Shown in pieces: positions 19,090-28,662 of a stretch of DNA of 64,000 nucleotides. Position 1 is the first letter of the stretch. Every line of letters starts with the position of its first letter. The position numbers were made by a program, and so were the translations under genes. The notes below the pieces were generated by a model. The model did not search any database, had not been told where the DNA came from, and was given only the letters and a program-made list of their open reading frames with translations. Source of the DNA: an uncultured delta proteobacterium. Its GTDB lineage: Bacteria; Myxococcota_A; Polyangia; Polyangiales; Houyiibacteriaceae. The stretch is from positions 672,001 through 736,000 of the forward strand of contig CAVOVB010000002.1 in the NCBI GenBank assembly GCA_963699755.1, read 5' to 3'.

Positions 19090-19488
19090 CTAGAGCCAGC
19101 CGCGATATCGCGTAGGCCCCTGCTTTCCGCGAATCCAGTTGATCAGGCCCTTCGCAGCAGCGTAGATCCGAAAGAACGCAGCCACTTGAAGGCGCTGGAA
19201 GCGGCTCAGTGGAGCATCGGCGCAAACCCACTTCGGATCGGATCGTCCGGCGTCGATGAAGTCTATGCGCGCCTGCGTAATCGAGCTCGCTGTGCTGCCG
19301 AGGGGCAACCGCGGGCCGAGGACGACAGCGTCGAGCGCATCACCATCGTCTCCGCGGGTACCGGGTACATGGCCGTAGTTGAATGGACATGGAATCGGCG
19401 AGACGAAATCGAGGCTTTGATCATCGTCGCGCTTGATGAAGCTGCCTCGCGGAACGTCGATGACGACCTTGAGATCCTGACCGTTCAC
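19090..19488 (-). CDS. Short family I inorganic pyrophosphatase
   Basis: IDVPRGSFIKR, PFNYGHVPGT, DGDALDAVV, D...DPK. Confidence 0.8.
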   Translation of the reverse strand: MNGQDLKVVIDVPRGSFIKRDDDQSLDFVSPIPCPFNYGHVPGTRGDDGDALDAVVLGPRLPLGSTASSITQARIDFIDAGRSDPKWVCADAPLSRFQRLQVAAFFRIYAAAKGLINWIRGKQGPTRYRGWL

Positions 19489-20135
19489 CGAGGGAGCTCG
19501 CAGGCCGCGGCCACGAGGCCTTCTTCGACGAGGTACCGGCCCGAGATCACGTCGCCGGGTCGGAACCCACCGGCCTCCTGTTGAAAGACCGCTTCGAACG
19601 AGTCATCGCCGAGCGTGACCTCGACGGCGTGGAAGCCGAGGAATTGGTTGCTGAGCGGATACTGGCACTTGTAGACGGCTTCTTTCGCACTGAAGACGAT
19701 CTTACCTGTCAGGCCCGGCGCTGGAAGCTCATGCAGCCATTCGCGTTCCTTCGGAGTGCAGACCCGTCTCCACAAGGCTTCTTTCAACGGCGTCGACGAT
19801 TCCAAGTCGATGCCAAGCGATCGAACGTTCTCGGTTCGCGCCACCGCGGCAGCGCACCAAGTGTCGGTATGAGAAATGCTGCCAATGAAGCCCGGGGGCC
19901 AAATCGGTGCACGATCTTCACCGCGCAGGATGGGCGTCGTCGCAGCAACGCCCAATCGCCCAAGGGCGAGCCGACTGCAGACGCGACCCGCGGTGAACTG
20001 CTCGACGCGAGTCCGCGTAGCGCCGTCGACCAGGGCCGCCTCGGACCTCAAGAGCCCGCCTTGTAGGGTGTGCGGATCAACCTCTTCGGTCTCTACGTTC
20101 GGACCGAGCAATCTTCGAAACAACGGCTGGTGCAT
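19485..20135 (-). CDS. 4'-phosphopantetheinyl transferase (EntD/Sfp type)
   Basis: FTAGR, APIWP, GSISHT, LGIDLE, FSAKEAVYK. Confidence 0.92.
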   Translation of the reverse strand: MHQPLFRRLLGPNVETEEVDPHTLQGGLLRSEAALVDGATRTRVEQFTAGRVCSRLALGRLGVAATTPILRGEDRAPIWPPGFIGSISHTDTWCAAAVARTENVRSLGIDLESSTPLKEALWRRVCTPKEREWLHELPAPGLTGKIVFSAKEAVYKCQYPLSNQFLGFHAVEVTLGDDSFEAVFQQEAGGFRPGDVISGRYLVEEGLVAAACELPR

Positions 20136-21170
20136 CTATCTGGCGCCGACACCATAGGCGAGGGCAAGGATCGCAGCGGTATTTGCGACCGAGATGAGCT
20201 GTGCGATCCCGTTGAGCACATCCGCCGTGCTTGCGTACCAGGACTTGGTCACGAAAACGATGTCTCCCGGCCAGAGCTCGACATCGGTCGCCTCGCCACT
20301 CGTCAATGCCTTCAGGTTGGTAGTGTACACCCGCGGTTCGGTGAGCGGGCCTCGCACGATCCGAATGTCCTTCCGATCGGCTCGGGACATGACGATTCCT
20401 CCGGCGCGCGCCAGCGCCTCGGTCAGGCGAATGCCCTTACGGTACGCCATGGGCTGCGGTCTGCCCACCTCGCCTAGCACCATGATGAGGTTCTTGGTAA
20501 TTGCTGGAACGTAGAGCTGGTCGCCCGATTGGACGCGGATGTTGTGCTTGGAGTCCCCCTCCATGGCGAGTGGCAGGCTCACAGGCAGCGTCTTACCGTC
20601 CCGCACGAGACGCGCGAGGTCCAAATCGCCCAGCCGCTCCGGTATGAAATCCGATTTGCCAACCAAGACACCGCCGGCCTGCGCGAGTAGGTCTGCCAGC
20701 CTGGTCCCTGGGGTTACTTTGATCCGGCCCGGTGTCGTCACGGCCCCTATGACCACCGCGGAGTGGCCGTCGAGCGAGGTGATGATCAGATTCGCTCGAA
20801 CGAACCGATCGTATTGCCGTAGACCCCGCTCCACCGCCCGTTCTGCTTCGCCGAGGGTCAGGCCCCCAACCTGAATGTCGCCCGCGAGTGGCACGTGAAG
20901 CTGACCGATCGCATCGACGATGAGGCCGTCAAACTTCTCTGTCTTCGCCGAGACCGTTGTGAGCTGCACCACATCACCGGGAAACAACCGGAGCGCCTCG
21001 GGGGGATCGCTCTCCATACCCGAAGGGGTGATGGGCTCGGGCTCCTTGAAGGAAGGGTCGTCGAACGGTGTGGTGGGCGTCTGAGGGTAGCGGTTCCGAG
21101 CGCACGCTGATACCAACGCGAACGAAAGCAACAGAGCCGTGCATCGACGCATGCCTGTGGTTAGTGTCAT
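20136..21170 (-). CDS. Polysaccharide export OPX/Wza-like lipoprotein
   Basis: Lipobox LVSAC, poly_export domain (LFPGD...G.LHVPLAG), SLBB repeats (GAVTTPG, GEVGRP, L.PGDIVFV), C-terminal hydrophobic helix. Confidence 0.88.
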   Translation of the reverse strand: MTLTTGMRRCTALLLSFALVSACARNRYPQTPTTPFDDPSFKEPEPITPSGMESDPPEALRLFPGDVVQLTTVSAKTEKFDGLIVDAIGQLHVPLAGDIQVGGLTLGEAERAVERGLRQYDRFVRANLIITSLDGHSAVVIGAVTTPGRIKVTPGTRLADLLAQAGGVLVGKSDFIPERLGDLDLARLVRDGKTLPVSLPLAMEGDSKHNIRVQSGDQLYVPAITKNLIMVLGEVGRPQPMAYRKGIRLTEALARAGGIVMSRADRKDIRIVRGPLTEPRVYTTNLKALTSGEATDVELWPGDIVFVTKSWYASTADVLNGIAQLISVANTAAILALAYGVGAR

Positions 21171-21237
21171 CTAGGGCTATCCGCAAGCTCGAAGTGAGAA
21201 ACGCCGCGGCTGCGTCTATACTATTCCCGAACCGTCG

Positions 21238-22656
21238 ATGACGAGCAAGAAACCCACCGACTGGGGCGGCGCTATGGATGCCGAGCTGGCCCCCATCATG
21301 CGCGTCGTCGATTTCGTGTTGATTTACGCAGCGCTCTGGCTGCCAACCTATGCCCGAGGGGAGAGCTGGGACCAGAAGTCCTGGACCGCCGCAACGATCG
21401 CAGCGGTTCTCTTCATGGTGATAGGGCAATCGCTGCGGCTCTATCAGAGCGCACGCGGGATGCGCCTCAAGCCTCAACTGGTGCGTGCATGGGCCGGCTG
21501 GTTCGTCGGCGTCGTTCCGGTTCTTCTGTTTCTCCTCTTCATCTCCAAGCGGTCGGAGGAGTATTCGCGCCTCACGGTCTCCACCTGGTTCGTGCTCGCG
21601 CCATTGCTCGTGGCCGTTTGGCGGACCGCAACCACGCTCACTCTGCGCGAGCTGAGGACACACGGGTACAACACCCGGCCCGCCGCGATCATCGGAATGA
21701 CCGAGCTCGGCGAAAGGCTCGCTCGTCAGATCAAGACCACGCCCTCACTCGGGCTCGAAGTCCACGGTTTCTACGACGACCGCGCCGAGGATCGCTGCCA
21801 TCCCATCGAGGAGTCGCTCGGTCAACGCGCAGGCGATTTGAAAGACGCGGTCGACGCCGCGAGGGCAGGCGAGATCGATCTCATCTACATCGCCTTTCCG
21901 TTGCGAGCGGAACCGCGGATTGCCGAGCTCCTGCGGCAGCTGTCGGACACGACGGCTTCGGTGTATCTGGCGGCCGACTTCTTCGCATTTGAGCTCTTGC
22001 ACGCTCGCTGGGGAACCCTTGGCGGTGTGCCCACGGTCAGCCTGCACGAGACCCCATTTTACGGTGTCGATGGTTGGCTCAAACGCATCGAGGACATCGT
22101 GCTGGGCACGCTCATTCTGATCAGCATCTCCATTCCGATGCTGGTGATCGGCATCGCGGTAAAACTGACTTCTGCGGGCCCGGCCCTGTTCAGGCAGCGC
22201 CGGTACGGACTGAACGGAGAGGTGATTAACGTACTGAAGTTCCGTTCCATGACCGTGACCGAGGACGGCCCCCAGATCAAACAAGCCACTGCCGGCGATG
22301 CCCGCATCACCAAGCTCGGTGCATTTCTCAGGCGCACGAACCTAGACGAGCTCCCGCAGTTCCTAAACGTGCTCGAAGGCACCATGAGCATTGTCGGTCC
22401 GAGGCCCCACGCCGTCGCGCACAACGAGCTCTACCGCAAGAAGATCCAAGGTTATATGCTCCGGCACAAGGTCAAACCCGGAATCACGGGCTGGGCCCAG
22501 GTGAACGGGTGGCGGGGCGAGACCGACACGCTGGACAAGATGGAAAAGCGCGTGGAGCATGACTTGGACTATATTCGCAACTGGAGTCTAATGTGGGACT
22601 TGCAGATCATCTTCATGACGGTGTTCGGGTCCGGCGCCAAGCAGAACGCGTACTGA
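21238..22656 (+). CDS. wcaJ: Undecaprenyl-phosphate glucose phosphotransferase
   Basis: Four N-terminal TMs, then KRIEDIV, KFRSM, LDELPQFLNVLEGTMSIVGPRPH, KPGITGWAQVNG, DLDYIRNWS. Confidence 0.92.
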   Translation: MTSKKPTDWGGAMDAELAPIMRVVDFVLIYAALWLPTYARGESWDQKSWTAATIAAVLFMVIGQSLRLYQSARGMRLKPQLVRAWAGWFVGVVPVLLFLLFISKRSEEYSRLTVSTWFVLAPLLVAVWRTATTLTLRELRTHGYNTRPAAIIGMTELGERLARQIKTTPSLGLEVHGFYDDRAEDRCHPIEESLGQRAGDLKDAVDAARAGEIDLIYIAFPLRAEPRIAELLRQLSDTTASVYLAADFFAFELLHARWGTLGGVPTVSLHETPFYGVDGWLKRIEDIVLGTLILISISIPMLVIGIAVKLTSAGPALFRQRRYGLNGEVINVLKFRSMTVTEDGPQIKQATAGDARITKLGAFLRRTNLDELPQFLNVLEGTMSIVGPRPHAVAHNELYRKKIQGYMLRHKVKPGITGWAQVNGWRGETDTLDKMEKRVEHDLDYIRNWSLMWDLQIIFMTVFGSGAKQNAY

Positions 22657-22659
22657 GCA

Positions 22660-24642
22660 ATGCGGCCCGTGTCGATCGCAAATGATGATGGCTCAGCTCA
22701 AATCGGCGGAACGAGCGGGAACGCGAGCTCAGGACGTTCCGGGGTTCCCGTCGATCCGTATCGTCTTCGACGAGCGTTCACCAGCGGCAAGCGTTTACTA
22801 ATCGGAGCGGCGCTCCTTGGGCTCCTGGCCGGGTTTATGACGGCGAAGCTCGTCATGTCGAGCGCCTATGAAACCACGGCGCTCTTGAAGTACGAAGGAG
22901 ACCTCCGCGTAGCTGACATGCCCCAGGCGCAGGACGCGATTGCCCCTGCCGCAGATGCCCTGAGGCGCCAATCCGTTCTCCGCAAGATCGCCGACGAGAC
23001 TGGGTTTGAAGGGAGCTTGACGACCCTTCAGTATACCATCAACTACGAGATCGACCTGATGTCCGCGACGATCCGCGTCACCGTGCAAGGCGAAACGGCG
23101 CAAGACGCTGCCGACTTCGCTCGCATCGTTACCAATGTGTTCATGGACTATCACAAGGAACGACAGTCGAGGCGCCTCGAGGCTGAGATGTCGCGCGTGG
23201 CCAAGCGTATCGAGGCTGCCGACAGCGAGCTCGGCATCGCTCGACGACGGTACAACGAGTTCCGCGAACAACATGGAATCGCCGACCTTCCCACCGAACA
23301 GCAGTCCATGGTCCAATCGGCGGCCAAGCTTCGCGCCGACAGCCAGCTCGCCATGTCGGAGATCCGCGCGCTCGAAGCCCAGGTGAGCAGTCTGGAAACG
23401 CTGCTCGCAAGCACGCCGAAGACCAGTGTCACCGGCGGTGGAACCTCCCCAGAAAGAACGGCATACAATGGCCTTCGCGAGGAGCTGGCAAACGCAAGGG
23501 CCACGCTCTCAGCAGAGCATCCGCGGGTTCAGGCCCTCCAGCAGCAAGTGGAACAGCTCGGCAGGGAGTTGCGCTCCGAAGGCAGCACGATGAGCGGGGG
23601 CTCGGTCGGCGTCAGCGCGACCTACCAACTCCTCGAAGGGCAGCTTCGGGACGCGAAATCGCGCTTGGCCGCTGCTCGGGAACGCCAACGAGGCCTCTCC
23701 GAGATGGCCGATACCGCGCAGCATCGAGTCGAGAATTTCTCGGGTATCGAAGGCGAGGCGTCAGCATTGTTGGCCGAGGTCAAAGTCAACGAGAACCTGA
23801 TTAGTGGCCTGCGGCGCACCGAGGCAGCCCTCGAAGACGCGCTGCGCGATCCGCCAAGCGGCTTCGTGGTGCTCGATCCCGGAGCCGTGCCTGAGTACCC
23901 GGTCAAGAACAAGATGAAGACCGTCGTCTTTCTCGCCCTGCCGATGGTCACCGTGGGCCTGGCATTGTTGATCGTGTTGCGGCGCGAGTTCGGTGGGCTC
24001 CGACTCGAGACGCCGGCCGAGGTGGCCTTCTGGGGCAAGGGACCAGTGCTGGGGGCAACGACCTGGCCACAAGACCCGCTTGGTTTGGATGAGTTGGTGG
24101 CGGGGCTCGACGACTTCGCGCCGCGCGCGAAGGGGAGCCTGCTGATCGTCGGCGGCTCACGGGCGGAGTCACCGCTCGCCGCCGAGCTTGCCGAACGGAT
24201 GAACAACGACTGGTTCTTGATCGAGCAGGGCCCCGCCAGCCCTAGCGCGCGGCAACCCGACACCGAAGGGCGGGCCCCTCTGCAGACACCGCCTCCGTCG
24301 GGGCCCTACCCGATCAGCCGCACGAGCAATCAGTCGGTCGCACTCGTCCGGCGACCTCCACCCAAGGTCCAATCCATCCGCTTGGCGACGGCTCGAGACC
24401 AGTTGCGGCTCGAAGCCTGGGACGGATCCTTCGAAGGGCAAGCGCTCCGGCGGGCCGCGCGCCTCGCGGATCGCGTTGTGGTGCTCGTGCAGTCCGGCGC
24501 GATTTCCGCTCTTGGGCTGAGCGGCATTCAGAATCGACTCGGCCGCCAGCACGGCATCGGATACATTCTGGTCGGGCTCTCCGAAGAGCTCCGTACGCTT
24601 CCAGACCGGGCTGGAGACGTCGCCGCATTCTGGAGAGGCTGA
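22660..24642 (+). CDS. Polysaccharide co-polymerase (Wzc-like) with degenerate C-terminal kinase remnant
   Basis: Two TMs flanking a long coiled coil containing the HPRV motif; adjacent to wcaJ and wza. Confidence 0.8.
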   Translation: MRPVSIANDDGSAQIGGTSGNASSGRSGVPVDPYRLRRAFTSGKRLLIGAALLGLLAGFMTAKLVMSSAYETTALLKYEGDLRVADMPQAQDAIAPAADALRRQSVLRKIADETGFEGSLTTLQYTINYEIDLMSATIRVTVQGETAQDAADFARIVTNVFMDYHKERQSRRLEAEMSRVAKRIEAADSELGIARRRYNEFREQHGIADLPTEQQSMVQSAAKLRADSQLAMSEIRALEAQVSSLETLLASTPKTSVTGGGTSPERTAYNGLREELANARATLSAEHPRVQALQQQVEQLGRELRSEGSTMSGGSVGVSATYQLLEGQLRDAKSRLAAARERQRGLSEMADTAQHRVENFSGIEGEASALLAEVKVNENLISGLRRTEAALEDALRDPPSGFVVLDPGAVPEYPVKNKMKTVVFLALPMVTVGLALLIVLRREFGGLRLETPAEVAFWGKGPVLGATTWPQDPLGLDELVAGLDDFAPRAKGSLLIVGGSRAESPLAAELAERMNNDWFLIEQGPASPSARQPDTEGRAPLQTPPPSGPYPISRTSNQSVALVRRPPPKVQSIRLATARDQLRLEAWDGSFEGQALRRAARLADRVVVLVQSGAISALGLSGIQNRLGRQHGIGYILVGLSEELRTLPDRAGDVAAFWRG

Positions 24643-24644
24643 GC

Positions 24645-25442
24645 TCAGCCGTAGAGGCGGACGGTCTCTTTGCTCACCATTTCGATAGCCGCTCGGCGCC
24701 CGAGGAGACGGCTGAGGAGCACCGAGGCAAATCGATTGCGTAGGCCTGAGACGCCAGTCGGACGCTGGCCGAGATCTCCGAGCGCTTGCTCGGTCACTTC
24801 GTCAGCTCGCATGGGCCGCGCTAAGCCGCTAGATGGTATGTCGTCCGTCGCCGATTCGTAATTCGGCGTGAGCGTCGCGCCTGCTATGCAGGCCAGTACG
24901 TCCACACCGCGGCTACGGAGCTCGTACCAGAGGCCCTCCGCGAGGATCGTGTCGTAGGCCTTGGTGGCGGCGTAGTTCGCAACCATGGCTGTGCCCTGGT
25001 ACCCGCTCATCGAGGACATGAGAATGATTCCCCCCTTCCCGCGGTCGGCCAAGCGGCGCCCGAAGTAGTGGCAGAAGCGCAAGGGACCGTGAACGTTGAC
25101 CGCTATGGCTTTGAGGTGCTCTTCAACCTCGATGTCGATGAACGCGCCGATCGGAGAATACGCGGCGTTGTAGATCAACAGGCCGACGTCCAGCCCCTCC
25201 GTTGCCGCATTCACCTCCGACACCGAGTCTGCAGCCCCCAGATCGAGAGATTGTACGCGAATCTCGACACCGTGCTGATCTCGAAGCTCCACCGCCAGTG
25301 CTTCGAGCGGCGCCGCCCGGCGCGCGACGAGGACCAAGTTCATGCCGCGTACAGCGAGCTTCTGCGAAAACGATGCGCCAATCCCCTCGGACGCGCCAGC
25401 GACGACCGCCCAGGGCCCGTACCGCTCGATGAAGTCGCCCAT
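24645..25442 (-). CDS. SDR oxidoreductase (7beta-HSDH/17beta-HSD12-like)
   Basis: YGPWAVVAGASEGIG, ARR, YNAA, MSS, YAATK. Confidence 0.9.
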   Translation of the reverse strand: MGDFIERYGPWAVVAGASEGIGASFSQKLAVRGMNLVLVARRAAPLEALAVELRDQHGVEIRVQSLDLGAADSVSEVNAATEGLDVGLLIYNAAYSPIGAFIDIEVEEHLKAIAVNVHGPLRFCHYFGRRLADRGKGGIILMSSMSGYQGTAMVANYAATKAYDTILAEGLWYELRSRGVDVLACIAGATLTPNYESATDDIPSSGLARPMRADEVTEQALGDLGQRPTGVSGLRNRFASVLLSRLLGRRAAIEMVSKETVRLYG

Positions 25443-25955
25443 TCAGACGTTCTCGGTGAAGGGCGTCTCGGTGTTGTACATGCGCTTGATCACGTAAATG
25501 GGAACCAGCAACCAAGGTGCGTTGAGCGCGAGTACGAGAAGCGGCGCGGGCGTTGGGTGCGGCCCCATGAACTCCTCACCGAGAATGATCGTCACGTTGG
25601 TCATCATGACCGAAGCCCAGATGATGCTCGGGATGCGAATCCAGTTCTTGCCCTTGGTCCAGGCATAGATCGCGAAGACGTAGAACGGCCCGAAAAAGAG
25701 GGAGTCGATCCAGATCGTCATGCGCCACCAGACGGGACGAGCGATGAGAACGGGATCGAAGTTCTTGCCATACCAATGGATGATGTCGACGAAGAACGCG
25801 GGCGGCCACAGGGGGTACTCCCAGTCCCCGCTGATGTCGGGCAAGACGATTTGCTCGACATCGACGATGTAGGTGATCAGCAGGATGTTGATCCAGAAGT
25901 AGACCAGAACAACGATGTCGCCTTTGCGGCGAGACAGGGGAATGACGCGTTCCAT
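25443..25955 (-). CDS. EXPERA (EBP/TMEM97-like) four-TM membrane protein
   Basis: WY..NFDPVL..RPVWW...WID...FGPFYVFAIYAW...WIRIPSIIW...NAPWLLVP. Confidence 0.8.
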   Translation of the reverse strand: MERVIPLSRRKGDIVVLVYFWINILLITYIVDVEQIVLPDISGDWEYPLWPPAFFVDIIHWYGKNFDPVLIARPVWWRMTIWIDSLFFGPFYVFAIYAWTKGKNWIRIPSIIWASVMMTNVTIILGEEFMGPHPTPAPLLVLALNAPWLLVPIYVIKRMYNTETPFTENV

Positions 25956-26015
25956 GAAGGCCCTCGTATGGCTGAGTTCCGGGGAGGGTACTCAGGGAGA
26001 GTGAAAAATCTACCG

Positions 26016-27269
26016 CTAATCCACCGCCGACAGCTCGCTCTGCGGCAGGAAGCCCCGACCGACCATGAAGCGCGCCATTTCGGTGAGATACTCTCCGCGG
26101 TCCATGTGAATGATGTGACTCCCCGGAAACCAATGGATACGGCATCGACGCCAATGGTCCCAGAGGATCCGCGAGTGCTTTGGCGGAGCGAGCCGATCGC
26201 CAACGCCGGCGACGATCATCAGGCGTTCGGATGGAAGCACCGGTGGATAGGTGAGCGGACAACTGACCGCAACCAGCCGCCTCGCATCGGTAGGCTCCAT
26301 CCCCATGGTGCCGAGCGCGCCGCGGAGTAGCACGCCGATGGGCTGCCATTCGAGAACCAGGTCCGCAAAGCTCACGACCGGCACGTTGGGAATCGCGAAG
26401 GCAAGTCGATCTTCGACGCTCGCGAGCATGGCGCTCGTGAACCCTCCGAGGCTCAATCCGGTGACACCGATTTGCTCCGCACCACGCTCTCGCTGGAGCC
26501 AGTCGAAGAGAATCCTGAAGTCGAATACCGATTGGGCGACCGCTTCGTTGAGTCGTGACGTACCACCGGCGAAGTATCCATGGCCGGAGAATGGCGAGAA
26601 CCTGGTTTGTCTCGGGCCGTGGAATGGCAAAGTAAACAAGACGATGTTGCAGCCCATTCGGTAGAACCAGGGGAGCGCGAAGAACCACTCGTTGATCAGG
26701 TACCAATCGGCGGTGAATCCGTGAATCGCGATGATCGTGGGTCGGGGCTCGTCACCTCGATGGCGAAGCATGCGCGCGTGCGCGACGCGATTGGCGCTGT
26801 GACGGAGGTAGGGTTTGTGCTGATGCGGGTTGACCGGTTGAAACGGGCTGTCGAAGCTCAGCGCCTCGCAGGTTCCGTCTTCCGGCTCGAACCGGGGCAG
26901 CCAGCGCCCTTTCTTGGCCCGAACACGAATACCCGAAGGTGGCGTTGCAAAGAAGCGCTTCGGGTCTCCGGATTCGGCGATCTCCGCATAGAGCTCCGCA
27001 TCACGGATGGCCTTGCGTAACTCGATCGGATTGTAACCCAGCGGAAGCGCCATGCTCGAGATCATCGAGGCGCTTGCAGTGCGCAAGACCGTATCGAAGC
27101 CGGCGGCGGCACCGACACGCAAGCGATCGGCTAGGTCGAGCTGGAAGCCTTCGGGTCGACGGGCAAAATCGCGGTCGAGCTCTTCCCACCAATGCCCCTG
27201 CGCCAGAAGTGACGGCGCGCGCGAGCAGGACTCGTGCGCGATCCGGGACACGACGGAGGATTCGTCCAC
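26016..27269 (-). CDS. Alpha/beta hydrolase (ABHD18-like)
   Basis: IHGF, LPFHGPR, nucleophile elbow GLSLGG, GDRLAP, FPGSH. Confidence 0.85.
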   Translation of the reverse strand: MDESSVVSRIAHESCSRAPSLLAQGHWWEELDRDFARRPEGFQLDLADRLRVGAAAGFDTVLRTASASMISSMALPLGYNPIELRKAIRDAELYAEIAESGDPKRFFATPPSGIRVRAKKGRWLPRFEPEDGTCEALSFDSPFQPVNPHQHKPYLRHSANRVAHARMLRHRGDEPRPTIIAIHGFTADWYLINEWFFALPWFYRMGCNIVLFTLPFHGPRQTRFSPFSGHGYFAGGTSRLNEAVAQSVFDFRILFDWLQRERGAEQIGVTGLSLGGFTSAMLASVEDRLAFAIPNVPVVSFADLVLEWQPIGVLLRGALGTMGMEPTDARRLVAVSCPLTYPPVLPSERLMIVAGVGDRLAPPKHSRILWDHWRRCRIHWFPGSHIIHMDRGEYLTEMARFMVGRGFLPQSELSAVD

Positions 27270-27313
27270 CTTTCGAGCATACCCGATCGCGATCGCGGTG
27301 CATCATTTCGAGA

Positions 27314-27925
27314 TCAACAGCCGGTCTCGACCTCGAACGGCAGCGCACCAACCAAGGTGCCGTCCTCGATTCGAATCTCGACCCGCCAAAGCCCCGGCGT
27401 CGTGGCGTGCCCGGTATAGGCCCAGGTCCGCCAGCGTGGCGCCGAGGCTGGAATGCGAAGCTCTATGCCACCGCTCACCTGCCCCTCGGGGCCGATGAAA
27501 TGAACGAGCAAGGTCTTGTCCTCGTCCGACTGGTTGCTGACCTCGACGAAAGCGTAGACCCTCTCGTCCTGTGGTCCGAAAAGGGATGACGCCGCGACCG
27601 GCTCGCGACCCTCCACCTCGGGGGCGGTGACGAGACGGTGAAGGGCGAGCCCGTCAAAGCTAGTGAGCTCGGGCTCGAAGATCCGCGGCTCTTCCGAGGC
27701 CGGCGACTCGGACGGCGGCGCCTCCACGATCGCGGCGAGGGGAGCCGCAGGCTCCTTTTCCTCGGTGGGGTCGGGCGCTGCCGCCGGCAAGGTCGAAGTC
27801 AGGATGCTTGGGCTCGTCTTTGCCCGTTCGATCGCCTCGGACTTTGGCGGCCTTGCCTCGCTGCAAGCGGCCGCCAGGAGAAGGGCAAAGATGAGGGGGC
27901 TGGTGATTCTGGGATCGGTTTTCAT
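27314..27925 (-). CDS. DUF2914-domain lipoprotein
   Basis: Lipobox LAAAC, Pro/Glu-rich linker, VEGREP...RWRTWAY...G.WRVEI. GGAGG RBS. Confidence 0.75.
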   Translation of the reverse strand: MKTDPRITSPLIFALLLAAACSEARPPKSEAIERAKTSPSILTSTLPAAAPDPTEEKEPAAPLAAIVEAPPSESPASEEPRIFEPELTSFDGLALHRLVTAPEVEGREPVAASSLFGPQDERVYAFVEVSNQSDEDKTLLVHFIGPEGQVSGGIELRIPASAPRWRTWAYTGHATTPGLWRVEIRIEDGTLVGALPFEVETGC

Positions 27926-27947
27926 GGGACCTCCTGCCCGAACGCGG

Positions 27948-27964
27948 AGCACGCTCCGTGCCAA
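27948..27964 (-). promoter_or_regulatory. Candidate sigma-54 (-24/-12) promoter
   Basis: Minus strand TTGGCACGGAGCGTGCT has exact GG-N10-GC spacing, just upstream of the RBS of the DUF2914 gene. Confidence 0.65.
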
Positions 27965-28030
27965 CCGAAATCCCTCGGGTTTCATGGGGCCGGGCCTCGC
28001 TCGGCGTGTCTGAGGGGACGCGGCCGTGGG

Positions 28031-28579
28031 TCAGCGGCCACGCTTCGTGGCGCCGCTATGCCCTGGCGGGTTTCGAAATGGCACGAACGCGTCGGCGCCC
28101 CGCACCTCTTGGAAATGCTCGATAGCCCAGTACACAGAAGGAAAGGCCAGCTCGGTTGCTGGCAAGTCGTCGAAGCTGAAGAGCCCCACCTCTTGGCTCT
28201 CTACCCCGGGCGCGACATCCGGTGAGAGCAGGCGCGCGCGATAGAAGAGCTGAAGCTGACTGATGTGGCGCAGGCTGTACACCGCGAGGAGGTCGATGAC
28301 CTCGAGTTTCGCACAGGCTTCTTCCCAGGCCTCGCGCGCCGCTCCCTCTTCGGGGCTCTCGTCGAGCTCCATGAACCCAGCGGGCAAGGTCCAGTAGCCG
28401 AGCCGCGGCTCGATCGCGCGCTTGCACATCAGCAACTTGTCCTTCCAGGTCGCGACTACGCCGACGACGACCTTTGGATTCTCGTAGGCAACGTAGTCGC
28501 AGTCGGGACAAACCAATCGGTGACGGTTGTCCCCGGCGGGTACCCTTCGAATGCGTGGACCTCTGTCTCGCTCCGTCAT
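28031..28579 (-). CDS. NUDIX hydrolase with N-terminal CxxC
   Basis: RLVCPDC..VAYENP, WTLPAGFME..ES..EGAAREAWEEA. Confidence 0.92.
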   Translation of the reverse strand: MTERDRGPRIRRVPAGDNRHRLVCPDCDYVAYENPKVVVGVVATWKDKLLMCKRAIEPRLGYWTLPAGFMELDESPEEGAAREAWEEACAKLEVIDLLAVYSLRHISQLQLFYRARLLSPDVAPGVESQEVGLFSFDDLPATELAFPSVYWAIEHFQEVRGADAFVPFRNPPGHSGATKRGR

Positions 28580-28662
28580 GAACCAAGCGTGCCTCGGGTT
28601 TCGTAACACGGCAGCCGAAACGAGGCTATGGCACCTTGCCAGGGGCGCCCTAGACTCGGCGC

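Noticed and set aside
19485..20135. Secondary-metabolite biosynthetic cluster around the PPTase
   Set aside because: No NRPS, PKS or carrier-protein gene in the window.
28629..28645. TGGCAC sigma-54-like site before the ABC transporter
   Set aside because: No GC at the -12 position; the spacing is wrong.
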